Source: an uncultured bacterium
GTDB taxonomy: Bacteria; Hydrothermota; UBA3072
Direction: 5' to 3'
Length of the DNA: 40,448 nt
Assembly (NCBI GenBank): GCA_964631335.1
Contig: CAZVXD010000002.1
Coordinates: 2,073 to 42,520 of the forward strand
Shown here: in pieces, positions 1-9,842 of the stretch
Layout of the letters: each line of letters begins with the position of its first letter
How positions within the stretch are numbered: position 1 is the stretch's first letter
Notes under the pieces: generated by a model
Told to the model about the DNA's origin: nothing
The model's input: the letters and a program-made list of their open reading frames with translations, nothing else
The model's database searches: none
Position numbers and translations under genes: made by a program

Positions 1-732
1 TCCTGCGGAAATTGTAAGTTCTGTAATTCAGGAAAAGAGAACCTTTGTCCAACCGCGAAATTCACAGGCTGGGATGTCGACGGAGGTTACGCGGAATTTA
101 TTGTTATCGATGAAAAGTTCGCGTATCACCTGGGAGAAAATCATTCTTTTGTGGAACAGGTGCCTTTTATGTGCGCTGGAATAACCGGTTACAGGGGTTA
201 TCGTCTCGCCGAAATCAAAAAAGGCGAAAAATTAGGTCTCTTTGGCTTCGGCCCCACCGCCGCTTTTGTCCTTCAAATCGCAAAAACGAAAGGTATAGAA
301 TGTTTCGTGGTAACAAGAAGAGAACACAATCAAAAATCGGCAAAGGAATTGCATGCTAACTGGGTTGGGGACTATGATAAAAAGTTTCCAGTCAAGTTAG
401 ATGCCGCGATATTCTATCCTCCGGCGGGAGAGCTTATATCCTATGTCTTGTCTCTTCTCGAACCCGGGGGAAGGCTGATACTCTCCCCCATTTACATGTC
501 CCCTATCGAGATAAAAGATTACACCGGTCTTCTCTGGATGGAGCGAAGCATTAAATCCGTCGCGAATGTAACCCGCAGGGACGGGATAGAGTTCTTAAAA
601 ATCGCAGATGAATTAAAGTTAAAATCACGAGTAGAAACATATAACTTCGACGATATACCCGAAACTCTTATAAAAGTATCAAAAGGTGAAATTGACGGAA
701 CCGCAGTTGTTTCTTTTGAAAAACGAGTTTAA
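1..732 (+). CDS. zinc-dependent alcohol dehydrogenase family protein (5' end outside window)
   Basis: Frame +1 is open from base 1 (SCGNCKFCNSGKENLC, the structural-zinc Cys cluster of MDR/ADH enzymes). A Rossmann segment GLFGFGPTAAF follows. The ORF-track start at 151 is internal. Confidence 0.8.
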   Translation, partial: SCGNCKFCNSGKENLCPTAKFTGWDVDGGYAEFIVIDEKFAYHLGENHSFVEQVPFMCAGITGYRGYRLAEIKKGEKLGLFGFGPTAAFVLQIAKTKGIECFVVTRREHNQKSAKELHANWVGDYDKKFPVKLDAAIFYPPAGELISYVLSLLEPGGRLILSPIYMSPIEIKDYTGLLWMERSIKSVANVTRRDGIEFLKIADELKLKSRVETYNFDDIPETLIKVSKGEIDGTAVVSFEKRV

Positions 733-777
733 AGCTTCAGCTTTACAAAAACCACAAAAGGAGAATTTGAGGTAAGT

Positions 778-2079
778 ATGATGTTATATGCTATCTTAGT
801 GATTCAGTTTCTTATAAGTCAGCAAGTGAGCTGTGCAAATTTAGCAAGAAAACTTTCTTTGTCGGAAAAATTTTCCCCAAATGCGGAACTAATTTGGAGT
901 AGTACCTTTGAGGGGAAAATGATAGATTTTGACATCGCGAAAAAAAGTGGACATGTTGTTATTGGGGCTGTGAATAATTTAGAAGGGTCGGTATATCTCT
1001 TTTCTCCGAATGGAGAACTCTTATGGGTGAAAGAGAGTATAAAGCATTCTGAAATCGACAAGTGTGCCGGGATTAGAGTATCGATTTCTGATAACGCAGA
1101 AACCATTGGCATTTTCTGGTGGGGGGATTACGAAAGAGAAGAAGACCAGGTTTACGATAATTCCGGAGAAAAGCTTTATTCATGTAAACATGGAATGGGA
1201 AGTGTCGGCATCGAGATTTCTCCGGGAGGAGGCTATGTAAAAGCCACAAGTCTCATGGACAAGAAGGGCAAAGAAATACTCCTGAGAAATATATTAAAAG
1301 ATTTTCCAATTGAAAAACTGAGGAAGAGTATTAAGAGTATAAATAAACATATAATAAAAAAAGCAGATGGAACCTACTCAACTGAATACACATATCGATA
1401 TAAAAAGATAACTAATTTCGAATTCATCTCGGAAAATGAAATTGCAGTTTTTCTTGATAGCACACTGTATCTTTATTCTTTTCCTGAGGGTGAGTTGAAA
1501 TGGGAAAGCAATAAATTAGAAAAATTAGAGTCAAGAATCAGCAAAAAGATTGCACCTGTTGGACAGAATATACTTCTCGGTGATGGCAGGAAGTTGTACT
1601 GCTTTGCTAAAGACGGTAAGTTGCTATGGGAAAAAGAGTTAGATAGAAGCTTGCACTACTCTAATATCTCAACTTCAAGCGATATGAAATATATAGCGAT
1701 TCATGTCAGTAAAGAAATCTTTCTTATTGATTTCGAAACAGGAGAAATCAAACTAAATGTTTCCGAACTTAAAAGTCAAGTTGGCGTTGAGAAATTATTG
1801 TGTTTAGCCGATAAGGTTTTCCTTTCGGGATATACAGGTAGTTATGTAAAAGATGCATATAAAGGTTACTGGACATATATTCTCCACTTTGATGAGAACT
1901 GGAATATTGTTGATGAATCATGGGAAAAGGGATTGATCCTTGGAAATTCCGGGTTACCGGTAATTGGCGTGTATGAAAGCGATGCGACTGGCATAACGAA
2001 GAGTGGTCATCAAAATGGAGTTTACGGATATGAGAACTCAACTGTTTTCACTATAGATATTCTTAAATTAAAGGATTGA
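778..2079 (+). CDS. secreted hypothetical protein with PQQ/BamB-like beta-propeller repeats
   Basis: 433-aa ORF with an AGGAG about 14 nt upstream and a hydrophobic N-terminus. Recurring G(E/K)L(L/K)W(x)KE motifs (GELLWVKE, GELKWESN, GKLLWEKE) are typical of PQQ-like propeller blades. Function unknown. Confidence 0.55.
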   Translation: MMLYAILVIQFLISQQVSCANLARKLSLSEKFSPNAELIWSSTFEGKMIDFDIAKKSGHVVIGAVNNLEGSVYLFSPNGELLWVKESIKHSEIDKCAGIRVSISDNAETIGIFWWGDYEREEDQVYDNSGEKLYSCKHGMGSVGIEISPGGGYVKATSLMDKKGKEILLRNILKDFPIEKLRKSIKSINKHIIKKADGTYSTEYTYRYKKITNFEFISENEIAVFLDSTLYLYSFPEGELKWESNKLEKLESRISKKIAPVGQNILLGDGRKLYCFAKDGKLLWEKELDRSLHYSNISTSSDMKYIAIHVSKEIFLIDFETGEIKLNVSELKSQVGVEKLLCLADKVFLSGYTGSYVKDAYKGYWTYILHFDENWNIVDESWEKGLILGNSGLPVIGVYESDATGITKSGHQNGVYGYENSTVFTIDILKLKD

Positions 2080-2172
2080 GGAGAACCACCCCGTTATAGT
2101 CGGTTTTTTTATTCGTGATTAATATTCTTTGGTGGGGATGGGGGATTAAACAAAATATAATCTTTTTGTTTT

Positions 2173-2201
2173 TTCTTTGTGCCTTTGTGACTTCGTGGCA
2201 T
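2173..2201 (+). repeat. 9-nt-period CTTTGTG-type module
   Basis: Units are TTCTTTGTG CCTTTGTGA CTTCGTGGC AT. It ends 8 nt before a -35 hexamer. Confidence 0.7.
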
Positions 2202-2209
2202 AAAAACAT

Positions 2210-2237
2210 TTGCGAAATTCCTTTTTCTTATTAATAT
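2210..2237 (+). promoter_or_regulatory. sigma70-type promoter, TTGCGA-16-TAATAT, for the PK_C-like gene
   Basis: Hexamers sit at 2210-2215 and 2232-2237. The SD-led ATG is at 2260. Confidence 0.5.
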
Positions 2238-2259
2238 ACATTATTAATAAGGAGGCCGT

Positions 2260-2835
2260 ATGGCAGAAATTTCCGTTAACACAGTTTATTTCAAAGAACC
2301 GGGAAAAATAAATACCGAAAGAACTTTAAAGATCGCACTAAACAGAGTTCAGGAACTCCGGCTCGAACAGATAGTTATCGCCTCGACCGTAGGATATACA
2401 GCACTGGAGGCAATGGAAGTTTTCAGAGATTATAATCCCATAATCGTAACTCATTCTTCCGGATTTAACAATCCGAACGAACAGGAAATGCCGGAGGAAA
2501 CGAGAAAACGACTCGAAGATATGGGCGCGACCGTACTGACCTGCCTGCATTCATTTGGAGGATTAGGAAGAGCCGTAAGAAAAAAATTCAACACTTACCA
2601 GCTGGACGATATAGTAGCAAACACGCTTCGTATTATGGGAGAAGGAATGAAAGTGGGATGTGAAATAACACTTATGGCTGCGGACGCTGGACTAATAAAC
2701 ACGAAAAAAGATACTGTTACGATTTCAGGAACAGGAAGAGGCGCAGACACAGCCCTGGTGATCAAACCGGCTAACACCCAGAACTTTTTCGACCTGCGAG
2801 TAAAAGAAATCCTCTGTAAACCCAGACTGGACTGA
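2260..2835 (+). CDS. pyruvate kinase alpha/beta (PK_C-like) domain-containing protein
   Basis: 191 aa with a strong AAGGAGG SD. It is collinear with the stand-alone PK_C-like family I remember (VYFxxPGxxNTExTL ... GTGRGADTAxVxKPAxxxNFFDLxxxEIxCKP). Confidence 0.65.
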   Translation: MAEISVNTVYFKEPGKINTERTLKIALNRVQELRLEQIVIASTVGYTALEAMEVFRDYNPIIVTHSSGFNNPNEQEMPEETRKRLEDMGATVLTCLHSFGGLGRAVRKKFNTYQLDDIVANTLRIMGEGMKVGCEITLMAADAGLINTKKDTVTISGTGRGADTALVIKPANTQNFFDLRVKEILCKPRLD

Positions 2836-2840
2836 TACTT

Positions 2841-2870
2841 AGGATTTTGGGATTGGGATTTAGGATTTAG
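2841..2870 (+). repeat. degenerate heptad array (AGGATTTT GGGATT GGGATTT AGGATTT AG)
   Basis: Read directly. It begins 6 nt after the stop of the PK_C-like gene. Confidence 0.75.
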
Positions 2871-2888
2871 TTAAAAAAAAATGGAGCA

Positions 2889-2917
2889 TTTGTGCTATTC
2901 GTGTAATTCGTTGGTTC
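2889..2917 (+). repeat. TTCGTG..TAATTYGTTG module copy
   Basis: TTTGTGCTATTCGTGTAATTCGTTGGTTC, flanked by an A9 run and a T10 run. Confidence 0.8.
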
Positions 2918-2929
2918 TCTTTTTTTTTT

Positions 2930-2983
2930 AAATTTTTGAATTTTAATCTGTAATTTTTCATTTTGATATTTGATTTTTACATT
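2930..2983 (+). repeat. AT-rich degenerate ~7-nt array (AATTTTT GAATTTT AATCTGT AATTTTT CATTTTG ATATTTG ATTTTTA)
   Basis: Read directly. It ends 9 nt before the GH115 -35 hexamer. Confidence 0.65.
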
Positions 2984-2992
2984 AGATTTGCC

Positions 2993-3021
2993 TTGACTTT
3001 CCCTGAAAAAACATTTATTAT
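2993..3021 (+). promoter_or_regulatory. sigma70-type promoter, ccTTGACT-17-TATTAT, for the GH115 gene (near-leaderless)
   Basis: The -10 ends 8 nt before the ATG at 3030, and there is no SD. Confidence 0.55.
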
Positions 3022-3029
3022 AAAGCGTA

Positions 3030-5918
3030 ATGAATATTAGATTTTCAAAAATAGCATTGTTACTTATTGTCCTTATCGTTTCCTGCTCGACCGTAGAAAA
3101 GGTTACCGAAACCGCGCCATACATCTCCGTCAATAGAGAAGAAGGACGCTTTCCGCTTTCAACTTCGGGAAAATCCACGCCGTTATACGTAAGTTCTGAA
3201 GATTACTCGGGGGTAATAAAAGTAGCAAAACTTTTTCAGTCGGATATCCAGAGAGTAACGGATTCCAAACCGGAAATATTTATTGGTGAAGCTCCGAATT
3301 CAAAGGAAATAGTCATAATCGGAACTATCGGAAAAAGCAAAATAATCGACAAACTAATAGCGGATAAAAAAATAGAAGTAAAGGACATTTTAGGAAAATG
3401 GGAAACATTTATAAGACAGGTCATTGAAAACCCGTTACCGGGTGTCGAGAGAGCTCTGGTTATAATTGGGAGCGATAAACGCGGTACTATATACGGAATG
3501 TTAGATTTATCTGAAAAGATAGGCGTTTCGCCCTGGTACTACTGGGCTGATGTCCCTGTAAAGAAAAAAGAAAATCTTTATATTTCACCCGGTCGATACA
3601 GCCTGGGAGAACCGGATGTGAAATACAGGGGAATATTCATAAACGATGAAGAACCGGCTCTTGGCGGTTGGGTTCGAGAAACATTCGGCGGGTTTAACTC
3701 GAAATTTTATGAAAAAGTATTTGAGCTAATATTACGATTAAAAGGAAACTATTTATGGCCCGCTATGTGGGGCAAGGCATTCTACGTCGATGATCCGCAG
3801 AATCCGAAACTGGCAGACGAATACGGAATCGTAATAGGCACTTCTCACCACGAACCGTTGATGAGAGCTCACGATGAGTGGAGACGTTTCGGTGAGGGAA
3901 GATGGAATTATGAATTGAACGAAGAAAACTTAAGGAAATTCTGGCGGGAGGGAATACGCAGAATGGACGGCTTCGAGAGCATTGTAACAATAGGAATGAG
4001 AGGCGACGGAGACGAACCCATGACAGAAGGAACCGCCATCGCGCTCCTTGAAAGAATAGTAAAAGACCAGAGAGAGATCATCGAAGAAGTAACCGGGAAG
4101 CCTGCTTCCGCCACTCCCCAGGATTGGGCTCTATACAAAGAAGTCCAGGACTATTACGATGGAGGGATGAGAGTTCCGGACGACGTAACATTACTCCTGT
4201 GCGATGACAACTGGGGCAACGTAAGAAGGCTTCCGAAGTTGAGCGATTCGCCGCGCTCAGGCGGCTACGGTATGTACTATCACTTCGATTTCGTGGGAGG
4301 ACCCAGAAGCTACCGATGGTTGAATACAATGCAAATATCGAGAATATGGGAACAGATGCACTTGTCCTACGCTTACGGAGTGGAAGAAATCTGGATTGTA
4401 AATGTGGGCGATATAAAACCCATGGAATTACCCATCGATTTTTTCCTGGATTACGCGTGGAATCTCGAAAAATGGCCCGCTGAAAAACTGCCTGAATATA
4501 CAAAACTCTGGGCGGAACAGCAATTTGGCGAAAAATACGCAACAGAAACCGCGGAAATTTTAAATAAGTACACAAAATACAATTCACGCAGAAAGCCCGA
4601 GTCAATAGATTCTACGACTTACAGCCTTATCGACTACAGAGAAGCGGAAAGAGTTGTTTCTGATTACAATAAAATAGCTCGAAAGGCTGAAAATATCTAC
4701 CAAGAATTACCTTCCGAATATAAAGACGCTTATTACCAGCTGGTATTGTTCCCCGCAAAAGCGTGCGCGAATCTAAATGAAATGCATGTTACTGTAGGGA
4801 AAAATTATTTATACGCCAGACAGGGACGCGCGGCAACAAACATGCTGGCAGATAAAGTCAGAAAATTATTTCAAAAAGACGCGGAACTGACAGAATATTA
4901 TAATAATAAATTAGCAAACGGAAAATGGAACCACATGATGTCTCAAACCCATATAGGATACACAAGCTGGGATAATCCTCCTAAAAACATAATGCCGCCG
5001 GTTAAAGAAATAAAAGTCCCGAATATTAGAGAAATGGGAGTGGCAGTCGAAGGATCGGATAAATGGTGGCCAGCGGAGGAATGCGAAGCTGTATTACCTG
5101 AGTTTGATATATACAATAAGCAAAAATACTACATAGAAATATTCAATAGAGGAAAAATCCCTTTCGAATATAACATTGAATGTGAAGAACCCTGGGTAAT
5201 AATATCAGAAGAAAAAGGAGATATCGATAAGGAAAAACGCATCTGGATAGAAATAGACTGGGACAAAGTTCCGCCAGGGAAAAATTCCGCTTCGATCAAA
5301 ATATCAGGGAATGACACAAAGGTTACCGTCAAAGCAAAAACCAATAATCCGGAATTACCCGGAGTGAAAAAAACAGAAGGTTTTGTGGAGAATAACGGTT
5401 ATGTTTCTATGGAAGCCGTACACTATACCCGTAAGGTCGAAAACAAAGGTATCGCCTGGTTAACAATTCTCAACTTGGGACGTACTCTTTCGGGGATAAC
5501 ACCAATACCTGTTACAGCAGACCGCCAGACACCCGGAGGCAATAGTTCTCGTTTAGAATATAAAATGTATTTGTTTAATAGCGGAAAAGTCAGAGTAAAA
5601 GCTTATTTCTCGCCCACGCAGAATTTCCATAACACCGAGGGACTTCATTACGGAATATCCTTTGACAACCAACAACCCCAGATAATAAACATTCATAAAA
5701 ACGATACCATTCCCGACTGGAAATATCCGCCTGAATGGAATCAGGCTGTAATGGAAAACATAAAGATTTTAACCTCTGAACACTCGATAGAAAATCCGGG
5801 CGAACACAATTTAAAATTCTGGATGGTCGACCCGGGATTGGTTCTTCAAAAAATAGTCGTAGAAACAAAAGAAATTCCGGGCTCCTATCTCGGTCCCCCG
5901 GAAAGTTTTCACAAATAA
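3030..5918 (+). CDS. glycoside hydrolase family 115 (xylan alpha-1,2-glucuronidase-like) lipoprotein
   Basis: 962 aa with a lipoprotein-type signal (LLIVLIVSC). The diagnostic GH115 core is present: YRGIFINDEEPALGGW ... LKGNYLWPAMW ... GTSHHEPLMRAHDEW. Confidence 0.85.
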   Translation: MNIRFSKIALLLIVLIVSCSTVEKVTETAPYISVNREEGRFPLSTSGKSTPLYVSSEDYSGVIKVAKLFQSDIQRVTDSKPEIFIGEAPNSKEIVIIGTIGKSKIIDKLIADKKIEVKDILGKWETFIRQVIENPLPGVERALVIIGSDKRGTIYGMLDLSEKIGVSPWYYWADVPVKKKENLYISPGRYSLGEPDVKYRGIFINDEEPALGGWVRETFGGFNSKFYEKVFELILRLKGNYLWPAMWGKAFYVDDPQNPKLADEYGIVIGTSHHEPLMRAHDEWRRFGEGRWNYELNEENLRKFWREGIRRMDGFESIVTIGMRGDGDEPMTEGTAIALLERIVKDQREIIEEVTGKPASATPQDWALYKEVQDYYDGGMRVPDDVTLLLCDDNWGNVRRLPKLSDSPRSGGYGMYYHFDFVGGPRSYRWLNTMQISRIWEQMHLSYAYGVEEIWIVNVGDIKPMELPIDFFLDYAWNLEKWPAEKLPEYTKLWAEQQFGEKYATETAEILNKYTKYNSRRKPESIDSTTYSLIDYREAERVVSDYNKIARKAENIYQELPSEYKDAYYQLVLFPAKACANLNEMHVTVGKNYLYARQGRAATNMLADKVRKLFQKDAELTEYYNNKLANGKWNHMMSQTHIGYTSWDNPPKNIMPPVKEIKVPNIREMGVAVEGSDKWWPAEECEAVLPEFDIYNKQKYYIEIFNRGKIPFEYNIECEEPWVIISEEKGDIDKEKRIWIEIDWDKVPPGKNSASIKISGNDTKVTVKAKTNNPELPGVKKTEGFVENNGYVSMEAVHYTRKVENKGIAWLTILNLGRTLSGITPIPVTADRQTPGGNSSRLEYKMYLFNSGKVRVKAYFSPTQNFHNTEGLHYGISFDNQQPQIINIHKNDTIPDWKYPPEWNQAVMENIKILTSEHSIENPGEHNLKFWMVDPGLVLQKIVVETKEIPGSYLGPPESFHK

Positions 5919-5953
5919 AAAAAACCCCACTGGTTTTCAGCGGGGTTTTTTTA
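5917..5953. terminator. bidirectional intrinsic terminator between GH115 gene and xylA
   Basis: AAAAAAAA-CCCCACTG-GTTTT-CAGCGGGG-TTTTTTT: an 8-position stem with one A/C mismatch, flanked by an A-run and a T-run, between convergent genes. It is the only clear hairpin-plus-U-tract I found in the window. Confidence 0.75.
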
Positions 5954-5976
5954 TTTATAAGAAATCTGAAATCTCT

Positions 5977-7302
5977 TTACTTGCACTCAAACAAATAATC
6001 GTTGAGTATTATTTCAAGAAGTTCTTGTCTGCCGGATTTCCTTTTGGGTTCTCCGTTTTTAAGCGCGTATTTTTCAAGAGATTCAAAATCTTCTTTACCG
6101 GAAACGATCGATTTTCCGATACCCTTTGTATAACTGGAATATCTTTCCTTTACAAATTTATCGATCTCTCCACCCTTAATCAGCGCGTCAGCGACCTTGT
6201 AAGCTTTGGCAAAGGAATCCATACCTGAAATGTGAGCATATACCAGATCATCGAGTTCAAATGACCCTCTTCTCACCTTGGCATCGAAATTCAATCCGCC
6301 TTTACCGAGGCCGCCATTCTTAATAACTTCATACATAGCCAGAGTTGTATCGTAAATGTTGCTGGGGAACTGATCGGTATCCCATCCGAGAAGTAGATCG
6401 CCCTGATTGGCATCGATACTTCCCAGAACACCATTAATTCTGGCAACTCTTAAATCGTGATTGAAAGTGTGTCTTGCCAGAGTGGCGTGATTGGCTTCGA
6501 TATTAAGTTTGAATTTATCGATAAGATCATAACTTCTCAAAAATCCTATAACAGTAGCAGAATCGAAATCATATTGATGTTTTGTAGGCTCGTGCGGCTT
6601 AGGCTCTATAAGGAACTGTGCTTTAAATCCGATTTTCTTAGCATAATCGCAAGCCATATGAAGAAAACGAGCCATGTTGTCCAGTTCCAATTTCATATCG
6701 TTATTAAGAAGGGTCTCATATCCCTCTCTTCCACCCCAGAAAACGTAATTTTCGGCACCTAATTCTTTTCCTACTTCCAGAGCTTTTTTAACCTGAGCCG
6801 AGGCATAAGCAAAAACATCCGCGTCCGGAGAAGTAGCCGCGCCATGCATAAATCTCGGGTTGGAAAAGAGATTAGCCGTATCCCAGAGCAGTTTCGTTTC
6901 ACTGTTTTTCATATGTCCTTTTATGTGGTCAACAATGATACCGAGATTTTTGTTGGTCTCAGCAAGCGTATCTCCTTCCGGAGCAACATCCCTATCGTGG
7001 AAACAGAAATAAGGAACGCCTAAAATTTCAAACAACTCAAAAGCCGCATCAACTCTTGCTTTGGCTTTATCCATATCATCCGAAAAAGCTTGCCAGGGTC
7101 TATCAAATACCGCGTCACCGAATTGATCGCCACCATCTCCACAGAATGTATGCCAGTAAGCTACCGCAAACCTGAGATGCTCCTTCATCGTCTTACCGTT
7201 AATTTTCTCCTTTGGGTTGTAAAACTTAAAAGCAAGGGGATTTTTTGATTTCTTACCTTCAAATTTTATCTTTTTCATGTTACCAAAAAATTTTTGTGCC
7301 AT
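5977..7302 (-). CDS. xylA: xylose isomerase (class II)
   Basis: 441 aa with the XylA N-terminus ([20 protein letters not shown]) and the motifs FCFHDRD, WGGREGY and [18 protein letters not shown]. SD is AGGAG. Confidence 0.95.
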   Translation of the reverse strand: MAQKFFGNMKKIKFEGKKSKNPLAFKFYNPKEKINGKTMKEHLRFAVAYWHTFCGDGGDQFGDAVFDRPWQAFSDDMDKAKARVDAAFELFEILGVPYFCFHDRDVAPEGDTLAETNKNLGIIVDHIKGHMKNSETKLLWDTANLFSNPRFMHGAATSPDADVFAYASAQVKKALEVGKELGAENYVFWGGREGYETLLNNDMKLELDNMARFLHMACDYAKKIGFKAQFLIEPKPHEPTKHQYDFDSATVIGFLRSYDLIDKFKLNIEANHATLARHTFNHDLRVARINGVLGSIDANQGDLLLGWDTDQFPSNIYDTTLAMYEVIKNGGLGKGGLNFDAKVRRGSFELDDLVYAHISGMDSFAKAYKVADALIKGGEIDKFVKERYSSYTKGIGKSIVSGKEDFESLEKYALKNGEPKRKSGRQELLEIILNDYLFECK

Positions 7303-7330
7303 ATCTCACTCTCCTTTAAAGTTTAATATA

Positions 7331-8845
7331 CTAATCTTCCATAACCGCGCAGTCGATTATTTTTTCTTCCGTTGCGTCTTTACGTAAGAATTCTCCTGTT
7401 ATTCTACCTTCAGCCATTACAAGAATCCTGTCACTCATACTCAATATTTCAGGTAGCTCGGATGATATAATAATAATACCTAATCCCTGAAATGCAAGTA
7501 AGGAAATTAGGAAGTGTATCTCAGCCTTTGCCCCAATATCAATCCCTCGGGTTGGCTCATCCAAAATAAGGATTTCCGGCAACGAAGCGAGCCATTTGGC
7601 AAGAACCACCTTCTGCTGGTTGCCGCCGGAAAGGCTCTTTACAGGAGAAAATGGATTAGAGGGACTTATTTTTAATTTATTTATATAATTATCTACTATT
7701 TCATCTTCTTTTTTCTTATCTATAACTTTCAATTTAGAAATACTATTCAAAATGGGAAGCGTTATATTTTCCTTGATATTCATAAGCGATACAAGCCCCT
7801 GCGATTGCCTGTCTTCCGGCACAAATCCGATTCCTTTGTTTATAGCATCGGCGGGAGACCCTATAGATACTTCTTCTCCCCCGAGAAAGATCGAACCCTC
7901 ATCGAGTCTATCCACACCGAATATCGCTCTCATGGTTTCCGTCCTTCCGGCTCCCACCAGGCCATAAAAACCCAATATCTCACCTTTTCTTACCTGGAAA
8001 CTAACGTTATCTATTAATTCTTTTTTTGTTAAATTCTTAACTTCAAAAATTTTTTCACCTATCTTCTTCTTTTTTCCCGGGTACATATCAAGATCCCGCC
8101 CCACCATCATCTGGGTAACTTTCTTTTCGGTAGCGTCCTTTACATCCAGGCGACCGGCGTTTTTACCATCCCGGAGGACAACAATCCGGTCACATATACT
8201 AAAAACCTCACTCAGTTTATGGGTCACAAAAATAAAAGTTAATCCCAGTTTCTTAAGCTTATTTACTATAGCAAAAAGCTTTTCTATCTCATTATCGGTA
8301 AGAGGCGCTGTCGGCTCATCCATTATTATCAGTTTAGAATCGATCGATATAGCCCTGGCAATCTCCACCATCTGTTTCTGAGCCACGCCTAATTTTCTAA
8401 TCGGAGTATCTCCAGAAAACCTCACTCCCAGTTTAGTTAAATGCTCTGAAGCTACCCGTTCCATCTCTTTTCTGTCTAACAACCCTAAAACATTACCCTT
8501 TCTGGGCTCTCTTCCCATAAGTATGTTTTCGGAAACTGAAAGATTGAGAGCTATATTAAAATGCTGATGAATAAAACTTATACCTTTTTTTTGAGCATCG
8601 TGAGGATTCCGCAGTTTTATTTCCTTACCTTCAAAGAATATTTTTCCGCTATCCTGCTGGTAAAAACCGGTCGGCGCGGGATGAGGATTTAGAATCTCCA
8701 TCAAAGTAGTTTTACCCGCTCCGTTTTCACCCACAAGAGCGAGCACTTCCCCTTTATACACTTCGAGATCCACTTCATCGAGGGCTTTTACTCCCGGAAA
8801 ATTTTTTGTGATTTTCTCCATGCGGAGAAGAAATTCGTTACTCAC
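7331..8845 (-). CDS. CUT2-family sugar ABC transporter ATP-binding protein (duplicated ATPase; xylose/ribose type)
   Basis: 504 aa with two ABC cassettes (GENGAGKTT and GLVGAGRTE Walker A; LSGGNQQK signature). The GTG start overlaps the stop of the binding-protein gene (GTGA). It sits in the xylA/xylB operon. Confidence 0.9.
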   Translation of the reverse strand: MSNEFLLRMEKITKNFPGVKALDEVDLEVYKGEVLALVGENGAGKTTLMEILNPHPAPTGFYQQDSGKIFFEGKEIKLRNPHDAQKKGISFIHQHFNIALNLSVSENILMGREPRKGNVLGLLDRKEMERVASEHLTKLGVRFSGDTPIRKLGVAQKQMVEIARAISIDSKLIIMDEPTAPLTDNEIEKLFAIVNKLKKLGLTFIFVTHKLSEVFSICDRIVVLRDGKNAGRLDVKDATEKKVTQMMVGRDLDMYPGKKKKIGEKIFEVKNLTKKELIDNVSFQVRKGEILGFYGLVGAGRTETMRAIFGVDRLDEGSIFLGGEEVSIGSPADAINKGIGFVPEDRQSQGLVSLMNIKENITLPILNSISKLKVIDKKKEDEIVDNYINKLKISPSNPFSPVKSLSGGNQQKVVLAKWLASLPEILILDEPTRGIDIGAKAEIHFLISLLAFQGLGIIIISSELPEILSMSDRILVMAEGRITGEFLRKDATEEKIIDCAVMED

Positions 8846-9840
8846 AGGCTAAAAGTATGCGCAATACCCCATTGATCCATTATTTTTAAATATCCCTCAA
8901 GATTTTCTCTGGAGACAACGTCTACTCCGGTATCTATTATACAATCTCCGTCTTTATTTTTGGGAAGCGAATCGAGGGTCTCTTCCATTCCTTTTTTATT
9001 CATACTATGAAGTATTTTTACTCCCTCATAGCCCATTAAATATTGTTTTTGGGCGATTGTGGCATCGATTAGCCCTTCATCGATCAAATACAAATGTTCA
9101 TCGGTTACGTCGAATGAAACTATATGTATCTTACCCTTTTTTCCGGCTGCTTTTACGGCTTTAGCCGCGGAAGGTCCGTTAAAAGCGTAAACACCAAAAA
9201 AAGCGTCGAGATCCGGATTGTTGAGTAGAGCTGTTTCCGCCAGCTCTACTGCCCTGGAGGTTTCCTCATTGTCACACAAAATCGGCTCTATAATTTCTAT
9301 TCCCGGATGCTTTTTAATCGCGTCTTCGAATCCTCTCATCCGCTCAAGAGAATTCATAGCGGTAAGAGAACCGGTTGCTATGGCAACTTTGCCTTTTCCT
9401 CCGAGAATTTCCGCCATCTTCTCACCGGCAACCCTGCCTGCCGTATAATTGTCGGTACCTATATAACAAATCCTCTCTGAATTCGGAGAATCGGTGTCTA
9501 TGGTAATAGTAGGGATTCCTTTCTCAATAGCCAGATTAATCGGGGAAACAAGAGCCTCAGGATCGGAAGGGGCAACCGCTATGCCTTTATACCCCATGGA
9601 TATCCATGTCTCGATTGTTTCTATTTGCCGTGGGATATCTTCTTTCTGGGGCATAAATACCGTAACTTTTACGCCCAATTCCTTACCCGCGTCTTCAGCT
9701 CCTTTTTTAACCACATCCCAGTAAGGACCAACGCTTTTACCAAGTACGCCATACCGGGATTCTTCCCCGGCGCACCCGGAGAAAAGCCCGAATACAATAA
9801 AAGCTATCAAAAGAAACCAGACCTTTAAAAAACTTTTCAT
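8842..9840 (-). CDS. sugar ABC transporter periplasmic substrate-binding lipoprotein (RbsB/XylF-like PBP type I)
   Basis: 332 aa with a lipobox (LFSGC) and a Peripla_BP_4-like sequence. It lies between the permease and ATPase genes. Confidence 0.85.
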   Translation of the reverse strand: MKSFLKVWFLLIAFIVFGLFSGCAGEESRYGVLGKSVGPYWDVVKKGAEDAGKELGVKVTVFMPQKEDIPRQIETIETWISMGYKGIAVAPSDPEALVSPINLAIEKGIPTITIDTDSPNSERICYIGTDNYTAGRVAGEKMAEILGGKGKVAIATGSLTAMNSLERMRGFEDAIKKHPGIEIIEPILCDNEETSRAVELAETALLNNPDLDAFFGVYAFNGPSAAKAVKAAGKKGKIHIVSFDVTDEHLYLIDEGLIDATIAQKQYLMGYEGVKILHSMNKKGMEETLDSLPKNKDGDCIIDTGVDVVSRENLEGYLKIMDQWGIAHTFSL

Positions 9841-9842
9841 CT

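Noticed and set aside
4078-4605. Long antisense ORFs inside genes (4078..4605, 16929..17387, 30437..30889, 31326..31676 and others).
   Set aside because: They lie fully within well-supported genes on the opposite strand and have biased, low-complexity composition and no start signals. They are typical shadow ORFs.
8669-8689. GC-rich 7-residue insertion (NPHPAPT) after the first Walker A helix of the ABC ATPase.
   Set aside because: It is in frame, in a loop-tolerant position, with no repeat or mobile signature. It is probably ordinary lineage-specific variation.
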